A stretch of DNA of 64,000 nucleotides from the IMG/VR virus record IMGVR_UViG_3300037484_000317; one strand, written 5' to 3'. Both the position numbers and the translations under genes were made by a program. This stretch comes from a virus. Taxonomy: Duplodnaviria > Heunggongvirae > Uroviricota > Caudoviricetes. Position 1 is the first letter of the stretch. Each line of letters opens with the position of its first letter. The notes under the pieces were generated by a model. It was not told where the DNA came from. It saw nothing but the letters and a program-made list of their open reading frames with translations, and made no database searches. Positions 44,410 to 54,040 of this stretch are shown piece after piece.

Positions 44410-44792
44410 CTGAGCCTGCACAAGAGTACCCACGATACGAGAAGAAGTTCGGATCTTACTACCTCATGGGTAGTCCGCCCTCCGCTTTGGGGAACGGAAG
44501 AATCATTACCATGACGGATATAGTGGCAATTGCATTTGACATATCTGTATCGGATGGCTCTGCGCTTCTCCTCAAACATGGCTCTCCCACCAACGTAGAA
44601 AAGTACGTCCAGGAGTATCGGAAGAGGCTTCTGAACGACGGGGATGACTTTTCTCGTGACCTTGCTGCTGCCATCCGATCAATCACCCTTTCCCCAGACT
44701 TCGATGTGGAAGAGATCAATCATTGCCTTCACATCTCTGGCTACTTGACTGTCATGCTTCGGAAACACTGCCCAGAAGCCTTGTCCCTGTGA
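44406..44792 (+). CDS. hypothetical protein
   Basis: 128-aa ORF. Confidence 0.45.
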   Translation: MTEPAQEYPRYEKKFGSYYLMGSPPSALGNGRIITMTDIVAIAFDISVSDGSALLLKHGSPTNVEKYVQEYRKRLLNDGDDFSRDLAAAIRSITLSPDFDVEEINHCLHISGYLTVMLRKHCPEALSL

Positions 44793-44799
44793 GAAACAA

Positions 44800-45222
44800 A
44801 TGAGCAAGACAGCCGAATTGGAACTGGCGAAATTCGCAGAGACAGACACGTACGAGGAAGCCCTTCGGGCCCTCGTGAAGTCGATCTCAAATCCAGACCC
44901 ACCCCTTCCGGCATTCAGCGTGCACGATGGGGAGTTATGCTATTCGTACTCGTACCTGGCGGCGATGGAACGTGCTGAAGCCCTGTTGAAGCAACGAGAT
45001 GATGGGACTCGACAGACGGTACGTGAGGGTAACACATTCGAGACACGTATGGCAGTCATCGAAGAGATTGAGAAGCATACGTACCGGGGAGTTCTGGCAG
45101 GGTCTAATATTGGTGGGCGGCTCGATGACCTGATTACTGCTGCACGTACTAGTGAACACCAGTGCGAATGTGGCCGGAAACTATCTATAGGCCGCTGCCA
45201 CATTTGCGACAATGACGAATAG
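44800..45222 (+). CDS. hypothetical protein with C-terminal CxxC…CxxC
   Basis: 140-aa ORF. Confidence 0.45.
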   Translation: MSKTAELELAKFAETDTYEEALRALVKSISNPDPPLPAFSVHDGELCYSYSYLAAMERAEALLKQRDDGTRQTVREGNTFETRMAVIEEIEKHTYRGVLAGSNIGGRLDDLITAARTSEHQCECGRKLSIGRCHICDNDE

Positions 45223-45227
45223 CAAGC

Positions 45228-46751
45228 ATGAAATTCGACTTCCTCACCCCTGCTGATAAGCCAGCCTGCTATCATGTAGCCAACCCACAGGGTTTGGACG
45301 TCAAGTTGTTTGCGAATCCCAACGTCCTCCTAGAGAAGGATGGGTTCGCGCAGCTCTTTGACTTCCTGGACGTGGCCCGTGCCGTTTCCGACGTGCGGGA
45401 GGCGGAAGTCAAGGGCAGGTTGTCCTACTTTAGGGATGCCCCTGCTGGCATAGACAAGGTCGTTCTGACTCCGGATTTCCACAAGGGGTCTTTCGTTCCT
45501 GTGGGTGTTGTCCTTCGGGCCAATCACTTCGTCATCCCACAGGCCATCGGAAACGACATCTGCTGCGGGATGCGTCTCTTGGTGACGGACATTCCGGTAG
45601 AGGCACTGGATCCCTACTGGCCTGACATCCAGAAGCGGCTACGTGCGATCTTCTTTGCAGGCGAGCGGAATATCCCAATGTCTCCCCGCCAGCGAGAGGC
45701 TGTACTTCGTGAGGGTTTGCCTGGTCTCTTGCGGTTTGCCGAAGACAACGAGAAGACCGGCATTTGGACTCGGTTTGACCGTGCTTCTGAAATGGCCAAC
45801 GTGTCCAGGGCGCACAACAATGGTCAGGTAGAGACTACTCGTCTCTTTGGATTCGAAAAGTTCATCCGCTCTTCCGGAAAGGTGGATGGACGAGATCCTC
45901 AGATCGGATGTGTGGGAGGTGGAAACCACTTTGTGGAGCTGCAACGCATTGATGCTCTCTACTCGTCTCAAGCGCACGAGTGGGGATTGAGCAAGGGATG
46001 TCTGGCTATCATGGTCCACTCCGGGTCTGTGGCGCTGGGTCATACCGTTGGTGGCTACTTCATGGGACGCGCTAAGGAGCTTTTCCCGACGACCGTGAAG
46101 GCTCCGGCAGAAGGCTTCTACCCCATCCCCACAGATGGCCCACTGGCAGATGAGGGACGTTTCTACCTAGACGGGATGGGCAATGCCGCGAACTTCGCTT
46201 TTGCCAACCGCCTCTTTCTTGGGTTGATGGCAGTTCGCGCAATCGAAGAGGCCACAGGGCGCACGGTTTCATCTCGGCTAGTGTATGATGCACCCCACAA
46301 TCTCGTGTTCCACACCGGGAAGAGCATGGTCCATCGGAAGGGTGCCACACCTGCGTACGGCCCTGATGAGAAGGACTACAACGGTCGCCCGGTAATCATT
46401 CCCGGGTCCATGGGGGCGGCTAGTTATCTTCTAGCAGGTCTCGGAAATGAGAACGCTCTTTCGAGCGCATGTCATGGAGCAGGACGGGCTTTGTCGAGAA
46501 GCAAGGCTTCTCATGTGGCTAAGGATGTCTACGAACGTGAGACTGGTGGGCTGCGAATCGTGGGTCCCGTAGACTTCAGGGACCCAGCTCTTTCTCGCCG
46601 ACGGGACATCCTAGATAACTACGAGAAGAGAATGATGGAGGAAGCGCCGTACGCGTATAAGGCTGTGGAGCCTGTAGTTGACTCTGTTGTCGATGCTGAG
46701 ATTGCAACGAGGGTCGCTCGACTCTGGCCCATTTGCACGGTGAAGGGGTAA
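45228..46751 (+). CDS. rtcB: RtcB RNA ligase (long, archaeal/eukaryal-type, 507 aa)
   Basis: GGGNHFVELQ metal-binding motif and the C-terminal HGAGR motif carrying the GMP-attachment His. Confidence 0.8.
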   Translation: MKFDFLTPADKPACYHVANPQGLDVKLFANPNVLLEKDGFAQLFDFLDVARAVSDVREAEVKGRLSYFRDAPAGIDKVVLTPDFHKGSFVPVGVVLRANHFVIPQAIGNDICCGMRLLVTDIPVEALDPYWPDIQKRLRAIFFAGERNIPMSPRQREAVLREGLPGLLRFAEDNEKTGIWTRFDRASEMANVSRAHNNGQVETTRLFGFEKFIRSSGKVDGRDPQIGCVGGGNHFVELQRIDALYSSQAHEWGLSKGCLAIMVHSGSVALGHTVGGYFMGRAKELFPTTVKAPAEGFYPIPTDGPLADEGRFYLDGMGNAANFAFANRLFLGLMAVRAIEEATGRTVSSRLVYDAPHNLVFHTGKSMVHRKGATPAYGPDEKDYNGRPVIIPGSMGAASYLLAGLGNENALSSACHGAGRALSRSKASHVAKDVYERETGGLRIVGPVDFRDPALSRRRDILDNYEKRMMEEAPYAYKAVEPVVDSVVDAEIATRVARLWPICTVKG

Positions 46752-46759
46752 CTCCAACC

Positions 46760-47341
46760 ATGATCAATCTGGCAGGGCATAAGGACCCGGACCCCATCTG
46801 TGAGGAAGAACTCTTCATCGCAGGTATTGCCCCCGTGCGACAAGAGTGCTTTCCGACAAATCGTGAGGTCAAGACTCGGGTCACGGGGCAGCTTGGTGGC
46901 ATCACGTTCCATCGTGCCTGGTACTACTGGGTTGCGGATGGTGACGTGCCCCTGGACGTAGCCCACAAGATGTATGCACAGGAGCCCTACGGGAAGCGTG
47001 ACGTGCGGGTCGCTGGGCACTGTGGTTGCCCGCCTCCAGAGGAATGGGCAGAGCACCGAGATGCAAACGGGAAACGGGTGATTCTACTTAGTCCAGGGGA
47101 CAGAGACCTCGTCACCCAGTTCTACGCGGGGACTCTGGCCCCATTCATGAACGATGTCATCCTCAAGATGTGCACAGAAAATACCTGTGTGACAACCAAG
47201 GAGGAACGAGACAAGCTCTCTGTATCAGCGTTCGTCACGACATATCACATTGACTCTCAGGCCGGACTCAAGGTCTTTGCGGATGCGATGCGAGAACGAC
47301 TGACACAAACGGATAGTTTGGGTTGGTCCCGTGGTGATTGA
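46760..47341 (+). CDS. hypothetical protein
   Basis: Internal ATG. Confidence 0.45.
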   Translation: MINLAGHKDPDPICEEELFIAGIAPVRQECFPTNREVKTRVTGQLGGITFHRAWYYWVADGDVPLDVAHKMYAQEPYGKRDVRVAGHCGCPPPEEWAEHRDANGKRVILLSPGDRDLVTQFYAGTLAPFMNDVILKMCTENTCVTTKEERDKLSVSAFVTTYHIDSQAGLKVFADAMRERLTQTDSLGWSRGD

Positions 47342-47347
47342 CATCCC

Positions 47348-47791
47348 ATGATCATCAATCCGTTTGGTCCCTATTCGTTCGTGAACAGCGCGATTGCCAT
47401 AGGTGGCATCGCTGCGTACGGGGAGCCCCTCGATCGATTCGGATTCATACTGAATGTGGCTTTGGAGTTCTTTGAGGACCCACCCGGGGAGAGGTCCGTA
47501 ACGAGCGGAGGTCAGCCGGTCCAACAGATGCGGCTGGTAGACACCAACGATATTGAGTCCCAAGTTCCATCGGTTCTACGGGCTGTGGGCTTGGTCCACG
47601 CTGCACGTCTGGAAGACAAGTTTGTACTTGTGACGTGTGCTGCCGGCCGAAATCGGTCAGCCCTCGTGGTCGCGGAGTATCTCATTCAGCATGGGCATGA
47701 CGCCCAGAAGGTGATTTCCGGTATCCAGGCAAGGCGGGCCAAGTCCCTGACCAATGAGACGTTCGTGAACTGGCTACTAAGGCGTCGATGA
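47348..47791 (+). CDS. dual-specificity/tyrosine protein phosphatase
   Basis: CX5R P-loop VTCAAGRNRS. Confidence 0.65.
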   Translation: MIINPFGPYSFVNSAIAIGGIAAYGEPLDRFGFILNVALEFFEDPPGERSVTSGGQPVQQMRLVDTNDIESQVPSVLRAVGLVHAARLEDKFVLVTCAAGRNRSALVVAEYLIQHGHDAQKVISGIQARRAKSLTNETFVNWLLRRR

Positions 47792-48621
47792 ATAGGGATC
47801 CAGTAAATATGAACCACGTCGAATTTCAATCCTGTCGAGTGCTCTCTAATAACGAGGTTTCTGAAGACCAGTGGAGTGCTATTCAACACGCCTATAAGAG
47901 CATTGAAGAGCTTGCACTCCGTGACTGGAGTCCGGATAAGAGTGACGAATCCTCGTCGCTTGTCCCAAGGTTCAACCAGGTTGGCAGCGCAACCTGTACC
48001 CTTTTCGAGGGTGACGCCTTCATGACTTTGTTGGATGCCATCACAACGTTGCACACTCGGCCCCGTGTGGAATCCTCCATTCGTGACTCGATCGTATCTG
48101 GGCATGGTCGTTGTCTGGAGACCAATAACCGCACCATTACTGTTCCTGTCACGCCCATCGTGTTAAGGGATCTCCCTTACAACTTGGGTGTCACACCTCT
48201 CATCTTGGTGAATTCCTTTGAGGCATTAGTTGTTGCCTTGCGTGCTCGTTACGGCCCCCGTGATTCTTCAAATGGGTTCCGAGACGACGCGTTGAAGTGT
48301 TGGCCTGCGCTGGAGCGTGTGCAGCGTGCTGGCACTGTCGGATGGATGGCCGTATCTCGACCCGAGGTTGGTGACTTGTATGCCGCAGAAGGTGAGATGC
48401 TCAAAATCGAAGCGTGGCGAAGAGACTTGACGCCTTCGTTCCGCGGCTTCATTGATGCTCTAGCCCGAGACTATTCCCGGTACGTGGATGTACCTACCCC
48501 ACTGTTTGTAGTGCCGATTGATGCGGCTGGTGTTACGCGCCCGGAACAGAGGGATGAACTTTTCAAGCTCCTCCCTTTGCTAAGACACCCTCGCGTGCTC
48601 TATCTCATCAACAGTGACTAG
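47788..48621 (+). CDS. hypothetical protein
   Basis: 277-aa ORF. Confidence 0.5.
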   Translation: MNRDPVNMNHVEFQSCRVLSNNEVSEDQWSAIQHAYKSIEELALRDWSPDKSDESSSLVPRFNQVGSATCTLFEGDAFMTLLDAITTLHTRPRVESSIRDSIVSGHGRCLETNNRTITVPVTPIVLRDLPYNLGVTPLILVNSFEALVVALRARYGPRDSSNGFRDDALKCWPALERVQRAGTVGWMAVSRPEVGDLYAAEGEMLKIEAWRRDLTPSFRGFIDALARDYSRYVDVPTPLFVVPIDAAGVTRPEQRDELFKLLPLLRHPRVLYLINSD

Positions 48622-49661
48622 TGGATTACGCTGCATCCGAGTCCGAGATCGAAAAGATCACTGAGCGCGTCAGTGGATTGATTCGAATGGCGCGTGGTGG
48701 GGTAAACCACAACGAGTGCCTCTCTGCGTTATCCGCAGCAAAGAAACTGATTGGGTTTTACAAGCTCAATCCGAAGGATTTCGGGCTGAAGGTTCCGAAG
48801 GCACAACCCTCTCAACGCTCCGAACCTGAATGGGAGATGCCTCCATCTTTCGTACAAGTAATCCCCCATGGTACTTCGATGGGTGGGTCTCCAGCCAACC
48901 CACTGGTTGAAGAGATGAAGTATCACGATGGATGGCTTCTGTTTACGAACTGGGTTGGACACAGGAACGTGGAACAAATGTGGGCAGAGTGCTTCGATGC
49001 CCCCAGCATGCTCTGGTATGCGTGGCTTCGTGGCGTGCCACTTGGGTATCAGGTTCTTGCGTTGTGCGCTGTTGCGAATCTTTCCCGAAAGAGACTGAGT
49101 CATCCTGATCCACGTTTTGCAGAAGCGCTGAAGGTGATGATGCAGATGTGCGTGAACGACCCCAGTAGGCCACTTGATACAGCAGTACTCGTGAAAGCCA
49201 TGGAACTGGCAAATTCCGCTTATCCTTCGGAGTTGCTTCGGGGGACACCCAAGACAACAGTTGTCGAACCCAACAAGTTAATGGCGGCTGAAGTGTCGAA
49301 GGTCATTGAGCAGATCGCAGAATATGCCATTCGGGCCGTAGCTGAGTGGCCAGAAACTACAGCTGCCACTCAACGGCGTATGAACGATGCATTGCGCAGC
49401 GTCGAAAGTAGTATCGGGTACAGTCTTGACTGTTGGCCGGAAGCTGCGGATGCGGTTCGCAAGTACATCCCATTCGAAGTGCTACAGGAAGCCCTGTTCC
49501 AAGACATCTTTGCGGATGGTAAATACCCGTACAAGCCACTAGATGGTGCCATGAGAAAAGCTGAACTGGGTGGCACCTCGCCCAAGTTCTGTGATCAGTG
49601 TGGCGCAAGACATGCTCCTAGGGCCCAGTTCTGCGCCTCTTGTGGGAAGAAGGCTCTATGA
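48621..49661 (+). CDS. hypothetical protein with C-terminal zinc ribbon
   Basis: CDQCGARHAPRAQFCASCG. Confidence 0.5.
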   Translation: MDYAASESEIEKITERVSGLIRMARGGVNHNECLSALSAAKKLIGFYKLNPKDFGLKVPKAQPSQRSEPEWEMPPSFVQVIPHGTSMGGSPANPLVEEMKYHDGWLLFTNWVGHRNVEQMWAECFDAPSMLWYAWLRGVPLGYQVLALCAVANLSRKRLSHPDPRFAEALKVMMQMCVNDPSRPLDTAVLVKAMELANSAYPSELLRGTPKTTVVEPNKLMAAEVSKVIEQIAEYAIRAVAEWPETTAATQRRMNDALRSVESSIGYSLDCWPEAADAVRKYIPFEVLQEALFQDIFADGKYPYKPLDGAMRKAELGGTSPKFCDQCGARHAPRAQFCASCGKKAL

Positions 49662-49945
49662 TTCCTTCCGTAGGATCGATTAGCACGACCAACGTTTTTC
49701 ACTTCATTGAAGCACTTGGAGTCCAACAGCTACGGAGAGACCTTCCTCATTGGAAGTGGGTTGCATTGCACCGTGGATTTGGATGGTGGTATCAGGGCAC
49801 GTACGGAAAGCGGATGGCCATGGTCTACCCGTGCGCAATGTTGACCGGAATTGAGGATGTCTATCGCACTGTGTGGATGGTGTGCGAGGAAAAGACAGAT
49901 ACGCAGTTTGCTTTGTGGTACTGGACTGCGAAAGAAGGGGCATAG
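49658..49945 (+). CDS. hypothetical protein
   Basis: ATGA overlap with the upstream stop. Confidence 0.4.
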   Translation: MIPSVGSISTTNVFHFIEALGVQQLRRDLPHWKWVALHRGFGWWYQGTYGKRMAMVYPCAMLTGIEDVYRTVWMVCEEKTDTQFALWYWTAKEGA

Positions 49946-49946
49946 A

Positions 49947-50243
49947 ATGCGAAGAGAGCTGTCAGCGGATAACACTGGACTCATCCTGGATGGAAATCCA
50001 GACGAGCGGGCTCCAGCCTGGGGCAAGATCACCTATAGTGTGAGTGAACCTAAGGGGCGCGAGTCGTACATGGGTGGTGGGGTCTATTGGTGTAGTCACT
50101 GTGCATCCTGGCGTCCCTTCGAGGAAGGTTGCGCTGACGCGGCCGAGCGCACTACTGGACCGATTTGCGACGAGTGCTGGTCCCGGTGGGTGGGCTTGGG
50201 GATGACAGGACGTTGGGTTGAGGGGGACGCTCTGTGTACGTGA
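49947..50243 (+). CDS. zinc-ribbon protein
   Basis: CSHCASW…CDECWSRW. Confidence 0.4.
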   Translation: MRRELSADNTGLILDGNPDERAPAWGKITYSVSEPKGRESYMGGGVYWCSHCASWRPFEEGCADAAERTTGPICDECWSRWVGLGMTGRWVEGDALCT

Positions 50244-50452
50244 AGCGTTGCACGATCACCGTGGGGAACCTGTGGGGAGTGTCCGCAGTCGAGCGTGAGG
50301 TACGTGGCGTTCTCTTTCGGGAGGGGTTCGAGTTCACGATCGAAAAACAGCGGGGCTGGATGAACACGGTCTTCTACCTGACGGTTCGAGGACCCATCCC
50401 GGAGAAAGTAGAGAATGTTGTCTCCAGAATCAGTGCGTGGATCAATCAGTGA
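50234..50452 (+). CDS. hypothetical small protein
   Basis: 72-aa ORF. Confidence 0.4.
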   Translation: MYVKRCTITVGNLWGVSAVEREVRGVLFREGFEFTIEKQRGWMNTVFYLTVRGPIPEKVENVVSRISAWINQ

Positions 50453-50464
50453 CCTGGGATCAAA

Positions 50465-50508
50465 TCGTGTAATCCTCCGACCCCCATCCGTTAGTGGGGT
50501 GAGGACAT
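50465..50508 (+). promoter_or_regulatory. conserved bipartite promoter motif
   Basis: CGTGTAAT-N14-CCGTTAG TGGGGTGAGGA, then ATG at 50513. Confidence 0.55.
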
Positions 50509-50512
50509 CACC

Positions 50513-50710
50513 ATGCGAAGGACCACAGCGGACATCCGACAGAGTCTGACCCGTCACGGCTACGTGGCCAAGGGTCCCGTGGACCCGGTCGATAGCGTGG
50601 TGCGCAACCTCATTCGCCACGAACGAGACCTCCAGCACGATCGGCTACCCCGCTGCCTGATGTACTTGTTCGAGTACCTGGAAATTGCAGAGATGGAAGG
50701 GGAGAGCTGA
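50513..50710 (+). CDS. hypothetical small protein
   Basis: 65-aa ORF. Confidence 0.45.
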   Translation: MRRTTADIRQSLTRHGYVAKGPVDPVDSVVRNLIRHERDLQHDRLPRCLMYLFEYLEIAEMEGES

Positions 50711-50910
50711 TGGCCAAGCGCGTTCGGGATCGGGTGGAATGCGTCAAGCTCACGAAGGTCTCCCACGCTTGGAAACGTGGCGCGTACCTCCATGCGGCAG
50801 TGTACGTCGGCGCCAATGTGAGGGTCACCGCTGACAACTACCCGGTCGGTTCCGTGTTCCTGGATGCTCTTCCAATCTCGGAGCAGCGTCGCCTCAAGCT
50901 GAGTGCGTAA
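50710..50910 (+). CDS. hypothetical small protein
   Basis: 66-aa ORF. Confidence 0.45.
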   Translation: MAKRVRDRVECVKLTKVSHAWKRGAYLHAAVYVGANVRVTADNYPVGSVFLDALPISEQRRLKLSA

Positions 50911-50918
50911 GGAATCTC

Positions 50919-51359
50919 ATGATTGAAAAGCACATACGAAAAGATGGGCGCAGCGAAGAGGTTGTGATCGTTTACCCGGGGCACCCCCTCACGATTGCAA
51001 CGCTCATCCTTACGAAGTACGGGACGAGCGGTGTGGACCTGGCGGTGGCATTTGCCAAGCATGAGGCCAAGGACGGCTACTCTTGTCCCAATGCGCTTGC
51101 AGATGTGGACATCCCTGGGGCTGGGGACTGTGTTTACAACGCCCTGGACATCTTGCAGGGCATCCGGACGGGGATCCGGACCCCTGAGGCTGCCGTGGCT
51201 GAGGCCGCAGCCATATGGCGGTACGAGCGGGCATCCGACTACAAGGACAAGCTGGAGGCTGGGGAAGCCGAAGCCAAGTCTATCGAAGGGGACTTCCTTC
51301 TGCTAGCGAGGCGCATCGAGGTGTGGGGTGTTGTTGGAGATGGTCATGCGGCCGGATGA
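50919..51359 (+). CDS. hypothetical protein
   Basis: 146-aa ORF. Confidence 0.5.
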   Translation: MIEKHIRKDGRSEEVVIVYPGHPLTIATLILTKYGTSGVDLAVAFAKHEAKDGYSCPNALADVDIPGAGDCVYNALDILQGIRTGIRTPEAAVAEAAAIWRYERASDYKDKLEAGEAEAKSIEGDFLLLARRIEVWGVVGDGHAAG

Positions 51360-51915
51360 TGCGGCGATGATTGAGGCGTGCGAAGCGACCCGGGACGTTC
51401 TTCGCATTGAGGAACTCCTACAGTGCAAGAGGCTGGAAGTAGGGGCCATCGAGGAGACCCTTCGTTTCAAGAATGGGGAAGTGGAGGCTCTCGAAAAGAG
51501 CCTGGCTTGTGCACGGGAGATACACAAGATGGCTCGGGAGAATCTGAGAGCAATCCTGAAGGTTGAGGAGGATGCTGCGGGGATTTCGGTGGAAGATCTT
51601 GAAGCAGCTGGCATTAGTGATTTGGTGCGGCGAGTCCGTGAGCGTGCCCAGACAGATCAGCCTGGCGCCTTCGATGACCTACTTGCAACAATCGAGGAGA
51701 ACGCGAAGACCGACCCCCACACGATCGACCTCATCTTCAAGGATTTGGACACGGCCACGGACTCCCCGGAGCTTCTGATTGCGGTGCTCACGGCAACTCT
51801 CCGCTGGAAGGATTACACTCCCAGGCGCATGCGTTTCATTCAGGAAGTCGCGAACCGACTCAACGCAGAGGTGGGCGAAGTCCGCACCAACAACATCCTA
51901 AATGGTCTGCGGTAA
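51346..51915 (+). CDS. hypothetical protein
   Basis: The internal start is ambiguous; the frame runs 51328..51915. Confidence 0.45.
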   Translation: MRPDDAAMIEACEATRDVLRIEELLQCKRLEVGAIEETLRFKNGEVEALEKSLACAREIHKMARENLRAILKVEEDAAGISVEDLEAAGISDLVRRVRERAQTDQPGAFDDLLATIEENAKTDPHTIDLIFKDLDTATDSPELLIAVLTATLRWKDYTPRRMRFIQEVANRLNAEVGEVRTNNILNGLR

Positions 51916-51930
51916 GCGTAACCCACAATC

Positions 51931-52188
51931 ATGCCTGACAAGAACAAACTCAAGGTGCTGGCGGAGCAGGGTGTGCGGATCGTACCGACGTGCGGAACGT
52001 GTACGCACGGGAAGTTCTTCGGACGGCCGTGGGGAGAGTGCTCTCTTCGAACGTACCAACATGAAAAGCACACCGGGCTACGGCAAATGCCAGCCCATCT
52101 GTCGTTCACCTGTCCCAGTTATGGGTCCGGGTCTGCGAATCTCCAAGAGCTGGGTGAGTACGCCACCCTGATTCCTACGAAAGACTGA
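51931..52188 (+). CDS. small Cys-containing protein
   Basis: CGTCTHG…C…CPSYG. Confidence 0.4.
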   Translation: MPDKNKLKVLAEQGVRIVPTCGTCTHGKFFGRPWGECSLRTYQHEKHTGLRQMPAHLSFTCPSYGSGSANLQELGEYATLIPTKD

Positions 52189-52213
52189 ACTACGAAAATC
52201 GTCGTTCTGGTAC
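52186..52213 (+). promoter_or_regulatory. sigma70-like promoter (TTGACA-N16-TATGTT) upstream of the methyltransferase gene
   Basis: cTTGACAcctgaaccttctggtaTATGTTacc; this is a different class from the CGTGTAA/CCGTTAC motif. Confidence 0.45.
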
Positions 52214-52867
52214 TTGACACCTGAACCTTCTGGTATATGTTACCAGTACCCAAAGACAAACAAGATGGCACCCAAAGAAACACGAAATCCTTTCCGATGG
52301 TCACGAGACACTCCGGCAGTCACGCCGAGTATCGTGCTGACTGACCCTCGCTACCCACACAACGTGGGGGCTGCGGTCCGTGCATGCTCGTGCTTTGGGG
52401 TGAAGCAAGTGTGGCTCACGGGTCATCGGGTCGCAGACCAGGTGGCAAAGGCTCAGAGGCTTCCACGTGAAGAGCGCATGAAGGGCTTCTCTGACGTTCA
52501 ACTGGTCCTGGAAGACCGTCCGTTCGACTACTTCGGGAAAGTCACCCCTGTCGCAGTGGAGCTTCTAGAGGGGAGTGAGAACCTCCTGACGTTCGAGCAT
52601 CCTGAGAACGCGGTGTACATCTTCGGACCCGAGGATGGCAGCATCCCTGGTCCGGTGCGCAAGCTGTGTCATCGTCGGGTGTTCATTCCTACACGGCACT
52701 GCACCAATCTAGGCGCCGCAGTGTATCTCTTGTTGTACGACCGCATGGTCAAGGATTTTCATGCGGGCCGGATACAGTCCCTGCCAATCAGCGAGACTCT
52801 GGCTGAAGATCGTGGCTGGGCTGTGGATGACAATCCCGAGTTCTCGGTAGCGGTAGCAGGAAAGTAG
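52214..52867 (+). CDS. SPOUT (SpoU/TrmH-type) RNA 2-prime-O-methyltransferase
   Basis: VVLTDPRYPHNVGAAVRACSCFGV… and AVYIFGPEDGSIPGPV match the TrmH/SpoU motifs. Confidence 0.7.
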   Translation: MTPEPSGICYQYPKTNKMAPKETRNPFRWSRDTPAVTPSIVLTDPRYPHNVGAAVRACSCFGVKQVWLTGHRVADQVAKAQRLPREERMKGFSDVQLVLEDRPFDYFGKVTPVAVELLEGSENLLTFEHPENAVYIFGPEDGSIPGPVRKLCHRRVFIPTRHCTNLGAAVYLLLYDRMVKDFHAGRIQSLPISETLAEDRGWAVDDNPEFSVAVAGK

Positions 52868-52870
52868 ATC

Positions 52871-54040
52871 ATGGCACTCTCAGAAATCAGCTCGTCAAAC
52901 GTCCCCGTCAAGATCTGGTCGCCCCTCAAGGACGTCGAGTCGGCAGCGTTGACGCAGCTTCGTAATACGGCCTCTCTTCCGTGGGTCGCACACCACGTAG
53001 CGGTTATGCCCGATGTCCATTTCGGAATCGGAGCGACGGTAGGAAGCGTTGTCGCCATGCGCGGGGCTGTTTCCCCGGCTTGCGTGGGTGTCGACATTGG
53101 CTGCGGAATGGCTGCAATCCGCACCAGTCTCCGCTCGCATGACCTTCCTCACTCCCTGCTTGCACTGCGCACGGACATCGAGACCGCAGTGCCTGTCGCA
53201 CACAACGGGCACAGCAAGGGAATGAGCCCTTATGCCCGCAAGAGTGAGCTGTGGGCAGAGTTCAAGGACTTGCACCCCAAGGTTCAGGACTTGCTCTCCA
53301 AGGCGCAGATTCAGCTTGGCACTCTGGGGGGTGGCAATCACTTCATCGAGATTTGCATTGATACTGAGAAGCGCGTGTGGGTGATGCTGCACTCGGGCTC
53401 GCGGAACATCGGCAAGTCCTTGGCTGAGATCCACATCGCGGTGGCCAAGAAGCTTGAGCACAACCAACCCCTGGTGGACCGAGACCTTGCGGTGTTTCTT
53501 GCGGGCACAAAGGAGATGCAGGACTATCGGCGAGATCTGTACTTCGCACAACGCTACGCGGCTGAGAACCGACAGGTGATGATCTCGCTGGTCAAGGACG
53601 TGATGGTCAAGCACTTCCCGCAGGTCACCTACGACCCGGTGATTGCGTGCCATCATAACTACGTCTCTGAAGAGACGCACTTTGGAGACGATCTGTTCGT
53701 GACTCGCAAGGGTGCCATCTCGGCCCGCAAGGGTGAGCTTGGGATCATTCCTGGCAGCATGGGCACCAAGTCCTACATCGTGAGTGGGCTTGGTTGTGAA
53801 GAGAGCTTCTGCTCGGCTTCGCATGGTGCTGGGCGCCGCATGTCACGAGGTGACGCAAAGCGGCGCTTCACACGAGATGACCTCGAAGAGCAGACGGCTG
53901 GTGTCGAGTGCCGCAAGGACGGGGGCGTGATCGACGAAATCCCAGCTTGTTACAAAGATATCGATCAGGTCATGGCGAATCAAGGCGATCTCGTGGCGAT
54001 CGTACACGAACTGAAACAAGTCCTGTGCGTTAAGGGATGA
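52871..54040 (+). CDS. rtcB: RtcB RNA ligase (short bacterial-type, 389 aa)
   Basis: GGGNHFIEICID and C-terminal SHGAGRRMSR. Confidence 0.8.
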   Translation: MALSEISSSNVPVKIWSPLKDVESAALTQLRNTASLPWVAHHVAVMPDVHFGIGATVGSVVAMRGAVSPACVGVDIGCGMAAIRTSLRSHDLPHSLLALRTDIETAVPVAHNGHSKGMSPYARKSELWAEFKDLHPKVQDLLSKAQIQLGTLGGGNHFIEICIDTEKRVWVMLHSGSRNIGKSLAEIHIAVAKKLEHNQPLVDRDLAVFLAGTKEMQDYRRDLYFAQRYAAENRQVMISLVKDVMVKHFPQVTYDPVIACHHNYVSEETHFGDDLFVTRKGAISARKGELGIIPGSMGTKSYIVSGLGCEESFCSASHGAGRRMSRGDAKRRFTRDDLEEQTAGVECRKDGGVIDEIPACYKDIDQVMANQGDLVAIVHELKQVLCVKG

